64,000 nucleotides of DNA from Camelus dromedarius. Its lineage: Eukaryota. The position numbers were made by a program, and so were the translations under genes. Location: the NCBI RefSeq assembly GCF_036321535.1, contig NC_087437.1:8494001-8558000 (forward strand), in the 5' to 3' direction. Below, piece by piece: positions 1 to 13,528 of this stretch. Below the pieces are notes generated by a model, which had not been told where the DNA came from, did not search any database, and was given only the letters and a program-made list of their open reading frames with translations. Each line of letters starts with the position of its first letter. The first letter of the stretch is position 1.

Positions 1-344
1 ACCCAGAGCAGTAATGTCTTATCCAACATTTAGCATCGAAACGTCTATGACAAAGGTAATGTTTAAATCACATTGATCAAGCAAATACTTGGATCACATC
101 TGTATCCTAAGCATAGCAGTCTAACACGTGTCCTGACACAGAAAGGAATGCAGGATGTCACACAGGGTGCAGACTGAACGGCGGGCGGGTTTGAGACAGC
201 CAAGGATGCCAATGGAGTTTACTATGATTAAACTCCAAGTATTTCCATTTTTAAGCCCTCTTAGTATCATAATTACCATAGTTTCCACTTTCCAGTTTAG
301 GAAGTGCAGGTAACCTGACCTGGAGACCGTGAGCTGGGACAATG

Positions 345-500
345 CCTGTCCATGTCTATATCGACATCAAGGTCTATGTCTGTGTTTATGCCTATGCCTA
401 TGACTGTGTGTGTGTGTGTGTGACTGTATATGTGTATGTGTATGTCTGTGTCTCCGACTGTGTCTACGTCTCCATGTATACGCCTATGCCTATCTATATA
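345..500. repeat. Degenerate TG/TGTCTA/TGTATG-type simple repeat
   Basis: Runs of tgtcta/tgccta/tgtgtg/tgtatg; explains the V/Y/C-rich ORF 342..533. Confidence 0.85.
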
Positions 501-1149
501 ATGTATTTTTTAGCTACTCTTTATGTGGTATAATATGTATGCACACACAATATTTATCTGTTTAAATCACATTGATTGTCAGACTTAAGACTTAAAAGTA
601 GGGTCACCACCAGCAACATTTTCGCCACCTTCAGCATCTGCAGTCTCCCAGTGGCATAATGAGTGTAGGCAATATGATGCCCGGATAACAGCTCAGAGAA
701 GAGAACTTGAGCTGGTTGCCAGAAATGAGCCTGCAAACGGGGCTTTCCCTCTACCCTTGTAAGAGCTGGAAGAGTTATTAAAAAATGTATCACGGGGTCA
801 TGTCATGAGACCTTGACACGCACTGGCCCATCGGCATTTTAAATCCCATTGGAATCCGGGCTTGTGTTCAGGCTCTACCATGGGAAACAGGGAGTTCCAG
901 CTTTGTTTACCAAACCCTGAAGTCTAAAAGAATCTAACATCAAAGGAGTGCAGGGTCCTAGCCAGTAGTAAAAGCACCATCTAGGGTAGTTAAGGGGAGG
1001 AAAGATACATTGGTTGCAGACTCCTAGCCCTCAAGCTGGATGCCAAGTAGCTCTCACTTCAATTTGTTAGAATGTCTTTTTACAATAAGCCTTTCTGTCA
1101 CCTAGGACATCAGACTCTGTCCGTGAAGAGGACTGTTTTTGTCAAAGGA

Positions 1150-1385
1150 CAGAGCGTGAGTATTGACACTGCCTTTATCAGCAGTGTAACTCTGGGCCAT
1201 TGCCTTAACCTCTTTAACACTGAGTTTTCTTATCTACAAAATGAAGGTGATAAGCACACTCTGTAAGGCATGTAATTATGGTACCTCCTTGATAGGATTA
1301 TTGCCATATTTAAATAAGGCAAAGCATATAAAGCAATTAGTACTGGGCTTTTCACACGTAAGAATTTATTAATTTTAGTTACTAC
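1150..1385 (+). mobile_element. MIR SINE
   Basis: Core-like sequence gtgtaactctgggccattgccttaacctc...gagttttcttatctacaaaatg followed by gtacctccttgataggattattg. Confidence 0.8.
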
Positions 1386-3519
1386 CCTTTTTTGTTTACC
1401 CTAAGGATGGAAGAAAAGGACTGACTCCTAGATGGTACACCCAGGACTGCCCCTGCTGACTTTGACATCTTTCCTCTCTCAGTACCTCCCGGAGATACAA
1501 CCCTAGGGTCTCCTCAGGGTAGGAGTCACGAGGTAGGACACCAGCATGGCCACTCTGTGGGCTAGGAGGAGCCATTATCACTGCATCTGCCACCATCCAC
1601 ATCCTCACCTTGGAGGATTCAGGGCCATAGCCTCTTTTGGGTCCAGGGATCAAATCTGTGTTCTTTTTTGTCCCATGTACTGCAAGTAAATTTGCTTTTG
1701 CTTTAGAAGCCTCGGTGTGGATAATTAATTTCACTTGTCCTCTTGGGAGCATAAGAGAGATGAGGGAATGAGCTGGTTCATGCTGCAGTGCACAATCCTT
1801 CCTATGAGCTTGGCTCTCCATTTAAGACTTTGAGTTTGGTAGCCCATTACCATGGTACCTTAAACTTGCTTACAAACAGATGACCACATGGTGGTTTCAT
1901 GGGTGTAAACAGCTATCAAAATTCATCAAATTGTACCATGCTACTTCCTCCCTTTTTCCCTCCTTCCCGTCTCCCTCCCTTCCTTCCACCTGGTGCATAT
2001 TAAAGTTAGAAAGGCAGGAACTCAACGTAAGTATTACGTCAACCAAGCTTATTCCCCTGTAGGATACAGGAAAGTATTTCTCATCTCTGCCAACTTCAGT
2101 TGGTCTTAGCAATACTAATAAGGTACTTTTATTTTGTTTTAAAGAGGCTTTTAGAAGCATCCCTGTCCGTCCATTCTCTTCACTAATTCCCCACTTTAGT
2201 GAGGCCAGAAACTTTACCCACTGGTCTCCTCGCACTTCCTGAATGTGGGAGAGAAGCGGTGATGCGTTTGGACTTACACGGCAACACACATGTTATCTAG
2301 GTGATTGAGAATGTTCGGTATGAAGACTGAGGAATAAACGTACTCTCTCATGGACCTACTAGGGATCTCCTAAAATACGTTTCATGCAGGTATAAGAATT
2401 CTTAGCTTTTAAAAGAAAAAAATTAGCCGACTCTGCCTCCTGCTTCTAAATGGTTTCTAGAAGGGTTGGATGTCCGTTAATTAAGAAAAACACTGGTTTA
2501 CTTCGTCAAGATCATTGACGGGTTTGTTTCCCAGCAGGAGACATTTCCTTCCTCCCTACCCTTTTCCTTTTATTTATATTGAAGCTTTGATCAATTTGGG
2601 GAGTGTGGGAGTAGAAGGAAGACATCTGGCAATGTCATTTTCCAGCAAAAGTTGAGAATTTTATCTGAGGAATCCTCCTAGCCTGGTTTTGAACCACTTG
2701 CATCGTCTCTCCAGGAGTAGGCGTTCTCAAGAGGATGGAGCCAGATGTGAACACTTTGGTCCATACTTTATTCCTTCATGGGCACTCCTTGCATCTTCAA
2801 TCCAGGCACAATTTAAGAAATTCTTGCAGTCAGGGTGAGCCAGTGACTTGAGGAAACGAGTCTCCAAATCCTTGCTTGGGTCCTGCTCATTTAAGACTAA
2901 CATTTTTAGGTTTAGGAACTGACTCTAAGGCACCATATTATTTTTTAGGAAACGATTATCTCTTGCTCAAATCTAACTTCCAAGGAATTGGATTAATGGG
3001 ACAATTTATGAAAATAAACTTCTTCATGGAGCTGGGAAGGAGGGAGTTGGGAGGAAAATAGATTAAGACAGATGAAGAATATGAGAATTCTTAGAAAGCA
3101 AGATGGACATTTCCAGTTGGGACTTGCAATGTGCCCTCGGCTTGGCTGTGTTAGCTTTTAAGCCATATTGTTGTACAAGAGATACAGGAAAGATATTAAA
3201 AGTGGTTTCATTCGTTGTGTTTACAAAAGAGATGGGAATGTGGGTCCTCACCGAATATTACTTAGAAAATACGATGTGAACGTCAAAAGGTTGGAGTCTG
3301 AAAGAAATTAGGTGGAGTCAAAGCAGCACATTTTAGCTAGAAAAATGTAGTGGATATAGAAAATTTGTATGCTGGATATGAGTGTTTTCTTCTTTTAGAT
3401 TATAGTACTTTCTGTCATGAGCTATATCAGAACTATTCTGGTGAACTGTGTGACAAGCTGGGGAACATTTGATAAATTACCCATAATCAGGATTGTGATT
3501 TTGTGTGTCACGTTCTCAG

Positions 3520-3905
3520 CCCCGCTGCTTACTCCGGGCACTGCCGTGGTGACCCGTTCTCGCAGAATTTTGACTGGTTTCCTCTAGGAACAACCTGATA
3601 GTGTCTTGCCTTGTACTCTAGCTGCATAACTCTTGCTTCCTTCCCTGTAGATCAGTTGATATCAAGGAGAACTTCTGCTCGGTGTTCACATACATGCTAC
3701 ATGAAATGTGGCTGAGTCCATGCCTGGAGGGTCACCCATGAACAACGGAGGACGGAAACCCATGGATAAATGCTTCCCTCCTTTGTATCCCAGGTAGACA
3801 GTTCTGGAGTGTATTTCATAAATGTTTCCAGAAAATTCTAGAGAATGGAGCACCAACTACCTGTAATGGTGGGCAGCTCCATAACACATCCTTGGATTTG
3901 CTTTC
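3520..3905 (+). mobile_element. Old ERVL LTR fragment (LTR16-like)
   Basis: ggataaatgcttccctcc...gacagttctggagtgtatttc...cagctccataacacatcctt resembles recalled LTR16 consensus; boundaries approximate. Confidence 0.55.
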
Positions 3906-6184
3906 TGTGGATTCTGAAGGTGTTAGCCCATAACCCTGGGTGCTCTGACAGAAGCCACGATAGGATGTAATAGAGGAAGAGAGGACAGAGCAGTCATTTC
4001 TTTAATTACGAATCAAAAAATGGCTTCATAGATAAGGCAGTGCCTGTAGTTGCCAGTGTTACAAATAGAATTGATAAAGGAGTCTGTGGGAAAGTGAGGT
4101 TCTTTCTGACAGAGTCTACAGTGTGAGCACAGCCATGGAGCCTTGTCGTAGCTCAACCTTCAGAGTTAATGGTGAGTACTTCTGGGTTCACGGCGCACAG
4201 ATGGAACAATGTGGGAGGGGCCAGCAGAAGCCCCACCCATCTGTGCTCATGTTTGTAGAATTAGTTTATTTCTAGTGCTGCACTGTAAGCCCTCTGTGTG
4301 CAGGACTTGCATTTTACATCCATTCTGACTTTATAGCACAGAGTCCAGGGGAGGAGGTGGCTCATCCAAAGCCATCAAAATCAAGTTGCTTGTCAGTCAA
4401 CATTAAAAGGAACCCATTCACTTGGGGGACACCAAGGAAAGGGGCTAGGAATGTCGATACGAGTCATTTGGTTCAAACTTAAAAATACAAAAAAATGAGG
4501 ATAATATAACAAATATTGTCTAATTATTTTTAATGAACATTTGAAGACGTTTGCTTTAAAATGGAGTGCATAGTAAAACAGTGAGAGAATTAGCTAAAAA
4601 GAATGGAATCCATTTTAATAAACTGCACATTTTGAAATCGGCTAAACTTAGACTACGATCAATTCATGTCAGTTAGTACTTAGACATAGATCAATTCAGA
4701 CATCATTCAATCTGCTTTCATTCTAGAAGGCGTATGAATGCACTGAAGTCCTTTCATGGGCCAGAATGCCCAAAACAATGCTCTCACTAGGTTATGAATG
4801 AAAAGCTGTCAGATGGCTGAGAAATATCTAGGTAGACCAGAACCCCCTTTCCATCCTAATAATTTATCATCCCCCGCTTATATATTTCATATTGATACTT
4901 CCTGGTCTTCAGTGAATGAAACTTTTTTTTTTTAAAGTCAACACTGATTTACTAATTACAGCATATCCTGGGCTGTTTTTATGCAACTACACAAAGCTTG
5001 TAGGTAAGTTCAGTGATGGGTCTGACTTTACTACAGACCTGACCAAACACATGCCTTTAGGGTCAGCTATCTTTACTCCTTTTGATCATGCCACAGAATT
5101 GTCTACAGCAGAGCGGAGACTTCTTGAATGCCAATAATTTGCAAACACCGTGACTATCTTCTGCAAAATACCTCTGCAGTTGTCAGAGGGATGGGTTTAT
5201 AGACTCCTGAATGGCTTTCCTCTCTCTGTTGCCTAAATTTAGGTAGAGGAAATGGGCTTTCTGGGATGGGTACAGCCTGTTGCTTAACATTCTCTTTCTC
5301 TCTGCTTCTTTCTTGCCTTCCTCAATTATGGATTTTTCCTCACCTGCTAAAGCAGAGTTTAAGAACTCCTCACATAGTTAGAGATTGCTGTGTTACCATT
5401 TCAAACTTATACATGTTGGAAATCACACTCCTTCCAAATCTGGATTTATTATATTTGCAATTATTGGATGATTGAGGGTATAATGTGCATATAGCACTGA
5501 CATTTGTTAATCACTTATGAGAGTGAAATGAAGTAAAATAAAGCATGAGAAAATCACTTGGAAAAAGAAGCAGCAAAACCAAGCAAGAGTTTTAATGACA
5601 ATAATGATCACTGATACCAGATGGGTTTAAATACATATTTAAAATCACTTATTCATGGATTTTTGGTGGGCCCACTATCCAGGTAGTATTTGTAATATTT
5701 CCATTCTGAAGTCTCAAATGTTTCAATGTTAACAGGAAGAGTGAAAATAGTGGCTATTATCATCATCGTCATGGTAGTTTAATGAATCTGTAAGACGTAC
5801 AAGAGAGTCTTCTGCAATTAGAAAAGTGGTAATTTGAAGCCAGGAACCTCAGTGTTGACAGCCCTGCCTCTTTGACAATGCACAGAACTTGTGTAATGGT
5901 TATTTACTTGTCCTCTTTTGAACCGGCAGGTTTAGAGATGATGGTATATAAATACCCCTGCTCTTGCCTTACTTTGAAGGCTTTAATAGAACACAAAAAA
6001 CAGCTGACACAGGAAAATGAGGAATAAGAAGGAAACAGAGAAGGCAACAGACGTGAAAGCAACAACTTCTTTGCCTACAGATGACTTCCTGTGTCATCTC
6101 CCCAACAGGGATTCCAGGGCAAATAGACCCCACTTGTCAGAAAACTGGAGACGTATCCTTGCATTTCTGTGTGACTCACAAAGA

Positions 6185-6285
6185 TGGAGGGTTAGAGCAG
6201 AAAGATTTTTGGAGACAAACGCCCTGAGTTCAAATCCTGGCTCCACCAGTGACTTCTGGTTGACTCTTTAAACCGTTTATTTCTT
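6185..6285 (+). mobile_element. MIR 5' fragment
   Basis: ggttagagc...ccctgagttcaaatcctggctccacc (B-box-like region). Confidence 0.65.
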
Positions 6286-7049
6286 GAGTCACTGGACCCC
6301 TGGCTCCTCTGGTTCCTCTTTCTCCTCCGAATTTACTACGGCTTTCAGGGTTTGCTTTGCTGGTAGCCAGGACTCCATGGCAGGTCATTTCAGCCATTCT
6401 TCTCAACACCCCCAGCCTCTGTACCTGCCTGACCTTCTGTATTCAGCCTGCAGACAGAGGTCCATCTGAATACACACTTTCTCAGTCCTGGGATGCTCAC
6501 TGCAGCCGGAAGGAGGAATCCCCGCACACTGCCTGCCCTGTTGCAGAACTTGCCTCTCAGCCGGGTTCCCAGGACCACCTGAAAATTCATCTTGATGCCT
6601 CAGTGATTTCCTGTTCCCATTGCCCACAGTGGGTTGCTCTCCCAAGTGCTCACCACTCTTCTGAATTTCCAGGTCCCGCTGTTTCATGTTCGGTCGATCG
6701 TCTTGCCTCCGATTGCTTAGAGAGGATGGTGTTCTCAGGCAGAAGCTCTTTAGTCTTCTGTGAAGAGCATGAAAAGTCACACCTGAACCACCTCGTCGTC
6801 TTCCCTCCTGCCTCAGAGGGAGAGGTGGGCTCAGCCCTTCTGCGTTCTTGATAACATCTCCTTTTTTCTTTTTTCCTCCAGAATAATGGTCCTTATCCTT
6901 CTCCCTCCCACGTCCCCACCGTCTCTTTTTCAATTGGCATTTCCTTCACAGCCTAAAACGTCTTCAAAGAAAGAATGCCTTCATCAACTCCACACTTTAA
7001 CTTCTGTCCCATTACTCTCCCTTCTTGCTCAGCAGAGTTGATTCCCACC

Positions 7050-7560
7050 TCAAACGTCACGGTTTCAAATGTCTATTGGTGCCCAGAGGGGTAATAATGA
7101 CAGTGAGTGATGAGGGTGGAAGGTAGGGTCATTGTGGGCCCATTTTTGTCAGAAATAGACACTCTATTCTGCCCTTTGCTGTCATTTGGGAATGGGGGTC
7201 CAGTTTGTCCAAAACATCTGATTTTTTTTCTAAGAAAATCCAGAAATCTGGATTTCTATTAGAAATTTATCAGTGTTTAAAACACTGTACAGTCTAATCA
7301 GGGAAAAAAATTGAAACTATGTATGGTGTTGGGCATTAACTAGACTTACTGTGGGGATCATTTTGCAATGTATATAAATATTGAATCCTTATATCAGACA
7401 CCTGAAACTAATATAACGTTATGTGTCACTTATACCTCAATTAGAAAAAAAGAATAAAGGATGAAAATTGTTTTAACAATTAAAAAAAAAACACTGTACA
7501 GTCTTAATAAAGTACATAGGTGAGCTGAATTTGGATTTCTGACCCCAGTTTTAAATTCTT
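7050..7560. mobile_element. hAT-Charlie MITE (MER102-like), interrupted by an L1 3' end
   Basis: ttcaaatgtcta..., aatccagaaatctggattt, aaaacactgt...gagctgaatttgg...ccagttt resemble recalled MER102; the element resumes after the L1 TSD. Confidence 0.55.
7296..7487 (+). mobile_element. 5'-truncated L1 3' end with two A-tracts
   Basis: L1 3'UTR (gatcattttgcaatgtatataaat...acacctgaaactaatataa); perfect 17-bp TSD aaaacactgtacagtct at 7279-7295 and 7488-7504 at a TT|AAAA site. Confidence 0.9.
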
Positions 7561-7651
7561 GGCCTACACTGCCTTGATTTCTCATCTCAATTTATCAACC
7601 TACTACAGTCAGTTTCCTGTCTTTACCAGTCCTTGGAAACTGCTTAGGACT

Positions 7652-7816
7652 AGCACTTCTCAAAGGTTAATGTGCCCATGAATTTTCTGGGAATTCTGGT
7701 AGAATATGAGAATGAATTCTGATTCAGTAAGATCTGGGGAAAGGCCTGAGTTTTGCCTTTCTAGCAAACTCCCATGTCATGCTGCTGGTCCCTGGACCAC
7801 ACTTTGAGAAGCAAGG
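7652..7816. mobile_element. MER5-type hAT MITE
   Basis: cttctcaaa...ttctgattcagta...ggcctgag...gctgctggtccctggaccacactttgagaagcaagg. Confidence 0.8.
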
Positions 7817-7849
7817 CTTCAGAGCACCTGCTCATCTTTAGAGATTTAT

Positions 7850-8105
7850 CCCGAGATAAACCATTAAGCCTCTCCCCTCCTCCACCATTACTGGACTTGA
7901 CACTCTCTATTTCAGGGCACTTCCTGTATCCTCACCCAACCTCCATAAAGGTGACTGTAATTCTTCATTTCATTTACGTGTTTATCTGCCTGCCTATTGG
8001 TCTATAAGCTCCTTCGTGGCAAGGCCCAGGTCTCGCTTACACCTGTTTTTCCGAAGCACTCCTGCAGTCAGTGCCCGGAAGACAGTAAGTACTTAACAAT
8101 CTGTC
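7850..8105 (+). mobile_element. L2 3' end
   Basis: tgtttatctgcctgcct...tataagctccttcgtggcaaggccc...cagtgcccggaagacagtaagtacttaa. Confidence 0.6.
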
Positions 8106-8198
8106 CATCTGCTCTCATCTCCTGTCAGGCATTCTCTAGGAGTGTGTGTGCAAGTGTTTCTTCTCTCAGGAGTTAGGTTGCAAGGGGAAGGTTTATTA

Positions 8199-8971
8199 TT
8201 ATTATTATTGTTATTGTTGTTGTTGTTATTATTATATTTATTGAAGTATAGTCAGCTACAATGTGTCAGATTCTGGTGCACAGCATAATGTCCCAGTCAT
8301 GCATATACATACATAATTAGTTTTCATATTCTTTTTTATTAAAGGTTGCTACAAGACATTGAATATAGTTCCCTGTGCTCTACAGTAGAAACTTCTGTTT
8401 ATCTATTTTATATATAGTAGTTTGTATCTGCAAATCTTGAACTCCCAGTTTATCCCTTTCCCCCTCTTTCTCCCTGGGTAACCATAAGTGTTTATTATGT
8501 CTGCAAGTCTGTTTCTGTTTTATAGATGAGTTCATTAGTGTCCTCTTCTTTTTTTTTTTTCTAAAGATTCCACATATGAGTGATATCATATGGTATTTTT
8601 CTTTCTCTTTCTGGCCTACTTCACTTAGAATGATGATCTCCAGGTCCATCTATGTTGCTGCAAATGGCATTATTTTATTCTTTTTAATGGCTGAGTAGTA
8701 TTCCATTGTATAAATATACCACAGCTTCTTTATCCGGTCACATGTCAGTGAACATTTAGGTTGTTTCCATGTCTTGGCTATTGTAAATAGTGCTGCTGTG
8801 AACATTGGGGTGCATGTGTCTTTTCGAATTAGAGTTCCCTCTGGATATATACCCAGAAGTGGGATTGCAGGTTCATATGGTAGGTCTATTTTTAGTTTTT
8901 TGAGGAACCTCCACACTGTTTTCCATAATGGCTGCACCAAACTGCATTACCCCCAGCAGTATAGGAGAGTG
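8199..8971 (-). mobile_element. 5'-truncated lineage-specific L1 (ORF2 C-terminus, 3'UTR and decayed tail)
   Basis: ORFs 8650..8940 ([21 protein letters not shown]...EYYSAIKKN) and 8380..8649 (MDLEIIILSEV) are L1 ORF2p C-terminus; TSD ggtttatta at 8190-8198 and 8972-8980. Confidence 0.95.
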
Positions 8972-9739
8972 GGTTTATTACATTGAAGGCAAAAGTCTTC
9001 ACAGAAACTTCTGCCTTGCGATGAGTCCCCAAAGAAGGATTCAGTCCCTTATTCTGATAGATTTTTTTTTCCTGCCTCATGTTCAAATTGGCCTCATAAT
9101 GTCATCTTTTCATTTTGTGTTGCCAGTTTGGAAGAAAAAACCCCCAAATTCCTTTAGTTTTTATCTTTCGAGTGTTTCCCACACTTCCCTTCACCCCTAG
9201 GAGAGACCCCTGGAAGCCGTGTGTGCTCTCCTAGTGTGGCTTGGTCAGTATCTCCCAGGAGTTTTCTGCTTTGAAGGCAGCCTGCCCGATGTCTGAGGGG
9301 ACCTGATCTCCTTTAGAGGAAGAGAGCACAGGGCCTGGAGGAGAGCAGTGCAGGGTAAGGAGTGTGAGTTTTGCCGCATTCACAGGCATTTTTCTTTCAG
9401 TGGTAACAGTCTTAAGAATAACTCTTTTCTCCCAAGTGGTTTAATACAGTGCAGTGAGGTTCAAAGGACTGCATTCTTTAACCTGGCCTCAGTCTGACTC
9501 ATCACACCCATCAATCAATCAATCATTGAGCGTTTATGAATAACCGAGCATGTGTCAAACACTGTGTTAAGTACCCAAAATGGTAAGCTATGTCTTTCCT
9601 TAACTTCCTGCTTACAAAATGTAGATACAGCATCTTAAGGAAATCAGCACTGATCTAAGGAAAGGAGATTGATATTTTTTGAGGCTTTAATTTGGCTATT
9701 CAAGGAGCTTTATAGACTTTATATTTATTTAGTGGAAAC

Positions 9740-9880
9740 TCTAAAACACCAGCACATAGGTGTCGTTAGCCCCATTCTACAGCTGAAGAAATTGCAAAAC
9801 TCAAAGAAGTCAAATGATTTGTTCAAGATGCCAAATTAGTAAGTAGTCCAGCCAGAATTTCAACACAGTTCTGACTGTCC
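9740..9880 (-). mobile_element. MIR SINE
   Basis: gccccattctacagctgaagaaattg...gaagtcaaatgatttgttcaag...gccagaatttcaacacagttctgact. Confidence 0.7.
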
Positions 9881-10147
9881 CCAGAATTTGCAGACTTTGC
9901 ATCACAACCCCTGGCAGGATCCTAATAAAATTTGACAAGGAAAATTGTTAAGTCTTTCATAACTTTCAGCTTCTTTCCGTGTTTGGTTTCCAGAGGAATC
10001 TGGGCTTAAAAATGTGAACTAGGCTCCTGCTGTTGGGAGGATTGAATTGCTTACTCCAGTGGCAGAGACAGAGGAGAAAAAGGTTGTTAAAAATAGAACG
10101 AAGCTGAGAGATTCCGATCTTTGAAGATCGCATAGGATTCTTGCCTG

Positions 10148-10333
10148 GTGCTGCACAAATCTTTGTCTGCATCAGAATCAGCTTAGAGGGCTTATTAAAA
10201 TACAGCTTCCTCAGCGCCACCCCCAGAGGTTATGAATTGGTAGGTCTGGTGGGCCCCCAAATGTGCGTTTCCAACAAGCTCCTGGGAGAGGCTGGGACTG
10301 CCAACTGGTGGACCCCATTTTGCGAAGCACTGG
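10148..10333. mobile_element. MER5A hAT MITE
   Basis: ctgcatcagaatcagc...ccacccccagag...taggtctgg...ccaacaagctcc...gaagcactgg. Confidence 0.85.
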
Positions 10334-10569
10334 TTTTTAAAATGGACATTCACTTATGTACTTCATCAGTCCACAAATACTTTTTGAGTTTTCACTATGT
10401 GTCAGATACTGTGCTGGATAGTGAGCTGTAGTGCCCGCTCTGGACAACGTCTTATCATTGATTACTAACGGAATGTCTAATTTCCCGGGAATCCAGTGAT
10501 CTAATTCATACTTTCAGAGATGACATACCAGCATTTTAAACTATGTCTGAATTTTTTTTTCTCCTTTTC

Positions 10570-10760
10570 TGAGTAAAGTAGATGTGAAATTGTTTTATCA
10601 TTGGGCAAAACATTTTTAAGGATTTTGATATGAAGTTACCAAACTATTTTCCAGAAAGGGTTGACCCATTTGCTACCCAGCCACACTGGAAGAGAATGGC
10701 TATTTTAATAAGCCTGCATCACCACAGGGCATTGTAATTTCCATTTAGATGTTTGTCTCT
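10570..10760 (-). mobile_element. Old L1M(E) fragment
   Basis: ttaccaaactattttccagaaagggttg...cccagcc...gagaatg resembles reverse L1 ORF2 3' region. Confidence 0.55.
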
Positions 10761-13528
10761 TCCTAATTGATTTTTTGTATCTGTTACCTATCAATGACAC
10801 GGGTCCTTTAAAAAGCTTAATTTTTGAAAACTATATATATTTAAGTTTGTGCCAAGTGACCTTGAAAAAAATTGCTTTGTGACTTCCTGGATCACAAAGC
10901 AAAGAAAGAGTGGCAGGAATAATTCACCTTCTTTGATAAACACGTTATGAAATGATTTTTAAGACATGAACTCTGCTAGAACGTACTAGCAAACACTAAA
11001 TCAGCTTCCGTGGTCTTTCTGACACTTGGGTTGCTTGCTTCTCTGGTACCTGCAGTGCTTTGAACGGAAGATGTAAAACACAAGGAAGGATGGAATACGA
11101 ACGGGATCTTGCTGACAAATCCAAACACGAGAAGGGTTCCTTTCTGCTCGTCCTCAGTGATGCAAGCAAACTGAAAGGGACAGCAGGCAATGACACTAAT
11201 ACATCATCGAGCTGTTTTGTATTCATAACTTCTCAAAGATAGCACCGTTCTTTAATGCGGTATTGATTCAGCCAAGAAACGTTACTCTATTACTTTCTTG
11301 AGCTGTTGAATTAGGTTAAAGGACACCATTAGGGTTTTTAACTGGAGATGAAGAATTTTTATAGACTAGGAGCCCTTAAAATTTTCCAAAGGTTGTTGGC
11401 CAGAATGTTGACCCTTGGTGGGTTTATCACAAATCGGGGACACGGCTGGGTTCGCTATTAGGTACAGTGGTGTTTTAGGCAGTAACATAATAGGGGGAGA
11501 AATACTTGGGGGGTTGGGAGCCTGTTGGTAACCCCAGAATTAAAGAAGAAGACATACGCCAATTCTGTCCACCCATGAATTTGACTCATTGTCTTATAGC
11601 CACGACACGTGCCGGACGAGGTGAGCTGCAGAGCTTGGCACCCAGGCCGTCTTTAAAGTCTGGGGAACGGGGATTGTGACTTCTTTTTCCACCAAGGCTT
11701 AATTTTTCTGAATCTCCTTCTTGGAAGTGTCTGAGATGGAAGAGAAATCTAAACTAATATGATAAGGGCTGCTCAGATGAAAATTGTGCTGGTTTTGGGG
11801 TGGGGGGCTGGACAATGCACAGAATGATGGCAAATATTTATACTGAGTTTTCAGCAAAATGATCTTTCCTATAACGGGATTTGACCAGTTTATAGATAGA
11901 ATCATTCCATGCATGTCATTTCTTGATGGCTAACCCACATTTTTGGGTACTTTCCCTTTGCTGATCACCAATATTAGGGATCATCTGTATGTAGACTGAA
12001 CCCCTATTCTTTCTAGGGGAAATCTCCCCCTCAACCTGAAGATGGTTTGCCTGTATTTGCTCTTAAAAAACCAAGTACTTCTTCTTTATGGGGAAACAAT
12101 TTCCAAAGACTCAGGAAGCTTGTTCCTGCCACACTTTGTGGCTGCAGAATGCCTCGTGATGCTTGTAAGTTACTTTCACAGCCTGACCCCCCCAGCACTC
12201 CCTGTGGGCTGCAAACTCTCTTCTCGTTCCTCTCCCTTCTCCAGCGTTGCCCTGTCTCCCATACTGATAGGACAGTGGAGTGTAAATTTTGTTCTGGAAC
12301 TATTTTCTGCAAATAAGGATGGTTATGATAGGACGCCTCACCATGTGACCACTTCTCAGTCTCTTCAGGAGGACTCTGCTTCACCAGAACATGTCTTCTT
12401 GATGTTTTCATTGAGAGCAGCATTTCTCGGTGTTACATTTTTAAAAGAGGCACCTCAGAGAGAAGTTATTCATCAACATTTTATTAGATATTGGTACCTT
12501 CAAAGAAATCAGTTTTCAAAGCCTTTTTCTGCAGAGAATTTTGGAGGGCTGAGAAGAAACTTTAAGGTGCCGTGACTTGAGCTGGGAGGGGAGGGAGGAT
12601 GTGGGGGTGGCAATGGTGGTGGAGGACAATATATACTGTGATACTTGGAGAAAGTTGTAGGGCTTGGACACAAACTTCATGTGGTTTAATTTTTCACGAA
12701 GATAATTCCCAGAGGGCATAGTGCAGAGTAACAGAAACGCCCGAGGTGGTGGGTTAGCTGTCTCAATTGTTAGTTCTTGCTCTGCTTTCTGTGATGCAGG
12801 AGGCAAGTCCTTGGAGCCCTGTCTCAGTTTCCTCATCTGATAAACTGAGGAATTTGTTTACACGTCTAGCTCTTCCTTGTGCTTCAAGGACTGTCTTTTC
12901 TCCCTGCAGGCTGTTTCCAAATGTGATTTTCTGGAATGAATTCAACTGTGGCATTTTTCCTCACTAGAACCTTCAGTAGGTGTCTGTTGCCTGGAGATCA
13001 GTTTCCAGACCCTCAAACAAACATTTAGGACCCCCCACCAACCCCAACTACTGATCCTGTTGCTGGCTTGGCCTCAGTTTCCAGACATATCTACTGGAAG
13101 CGCACAGAAACCTGCGATCACAGTACCAGCTCAGGGGGCCTGCTGTGTATCCCATTGGGAAGCCTGTGTTTTCCAGCCCTCACGTGGTTCCCTAGAGCAC
13201 CCTGGCCCAGAGTGCCTCCTCCCTGTCTGCCTGGCTGACTCCCTGCCCCTGCCCTTGAGGGTCCCATCCCCGCTCCTCTCAGCTGATCACTGCACCTTGT
13301 CATGACCCCCTCCCAAATCTGACAGGATTCCACAATCCCATGTTCAACAGCACAGCGTGTGCTGTACGTGGAGAGTCTGTCTGTCCTAGGTTGGTCTTAA
13401 CTCCTCATATAGGCTCTAGGTGCCTTAGGACAAGGGGGACCGTTCGTAGTTCAGTATAATTCCTTGCTTACTTCACAGCTGGTAGATAATAACACTATTT
13501 ATGGCTCCCTAATGCTAGGAGGATGCTA

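Noticed and set aside
342..533. 63-aa V/Y/C-rich ORF
   Set aside because: Translation of a simple repeat.
6357..6933. Overlapping 164-aa and 176-aa ORFs on opposite strands
   Set aside because: No recognisable domain or splice structure; expected by chance in locally GC-richer DNA.
12042..12575. 177-aa ORF
   Set aside because: No recognised homology or exon boundaries; composition looks like random translation.
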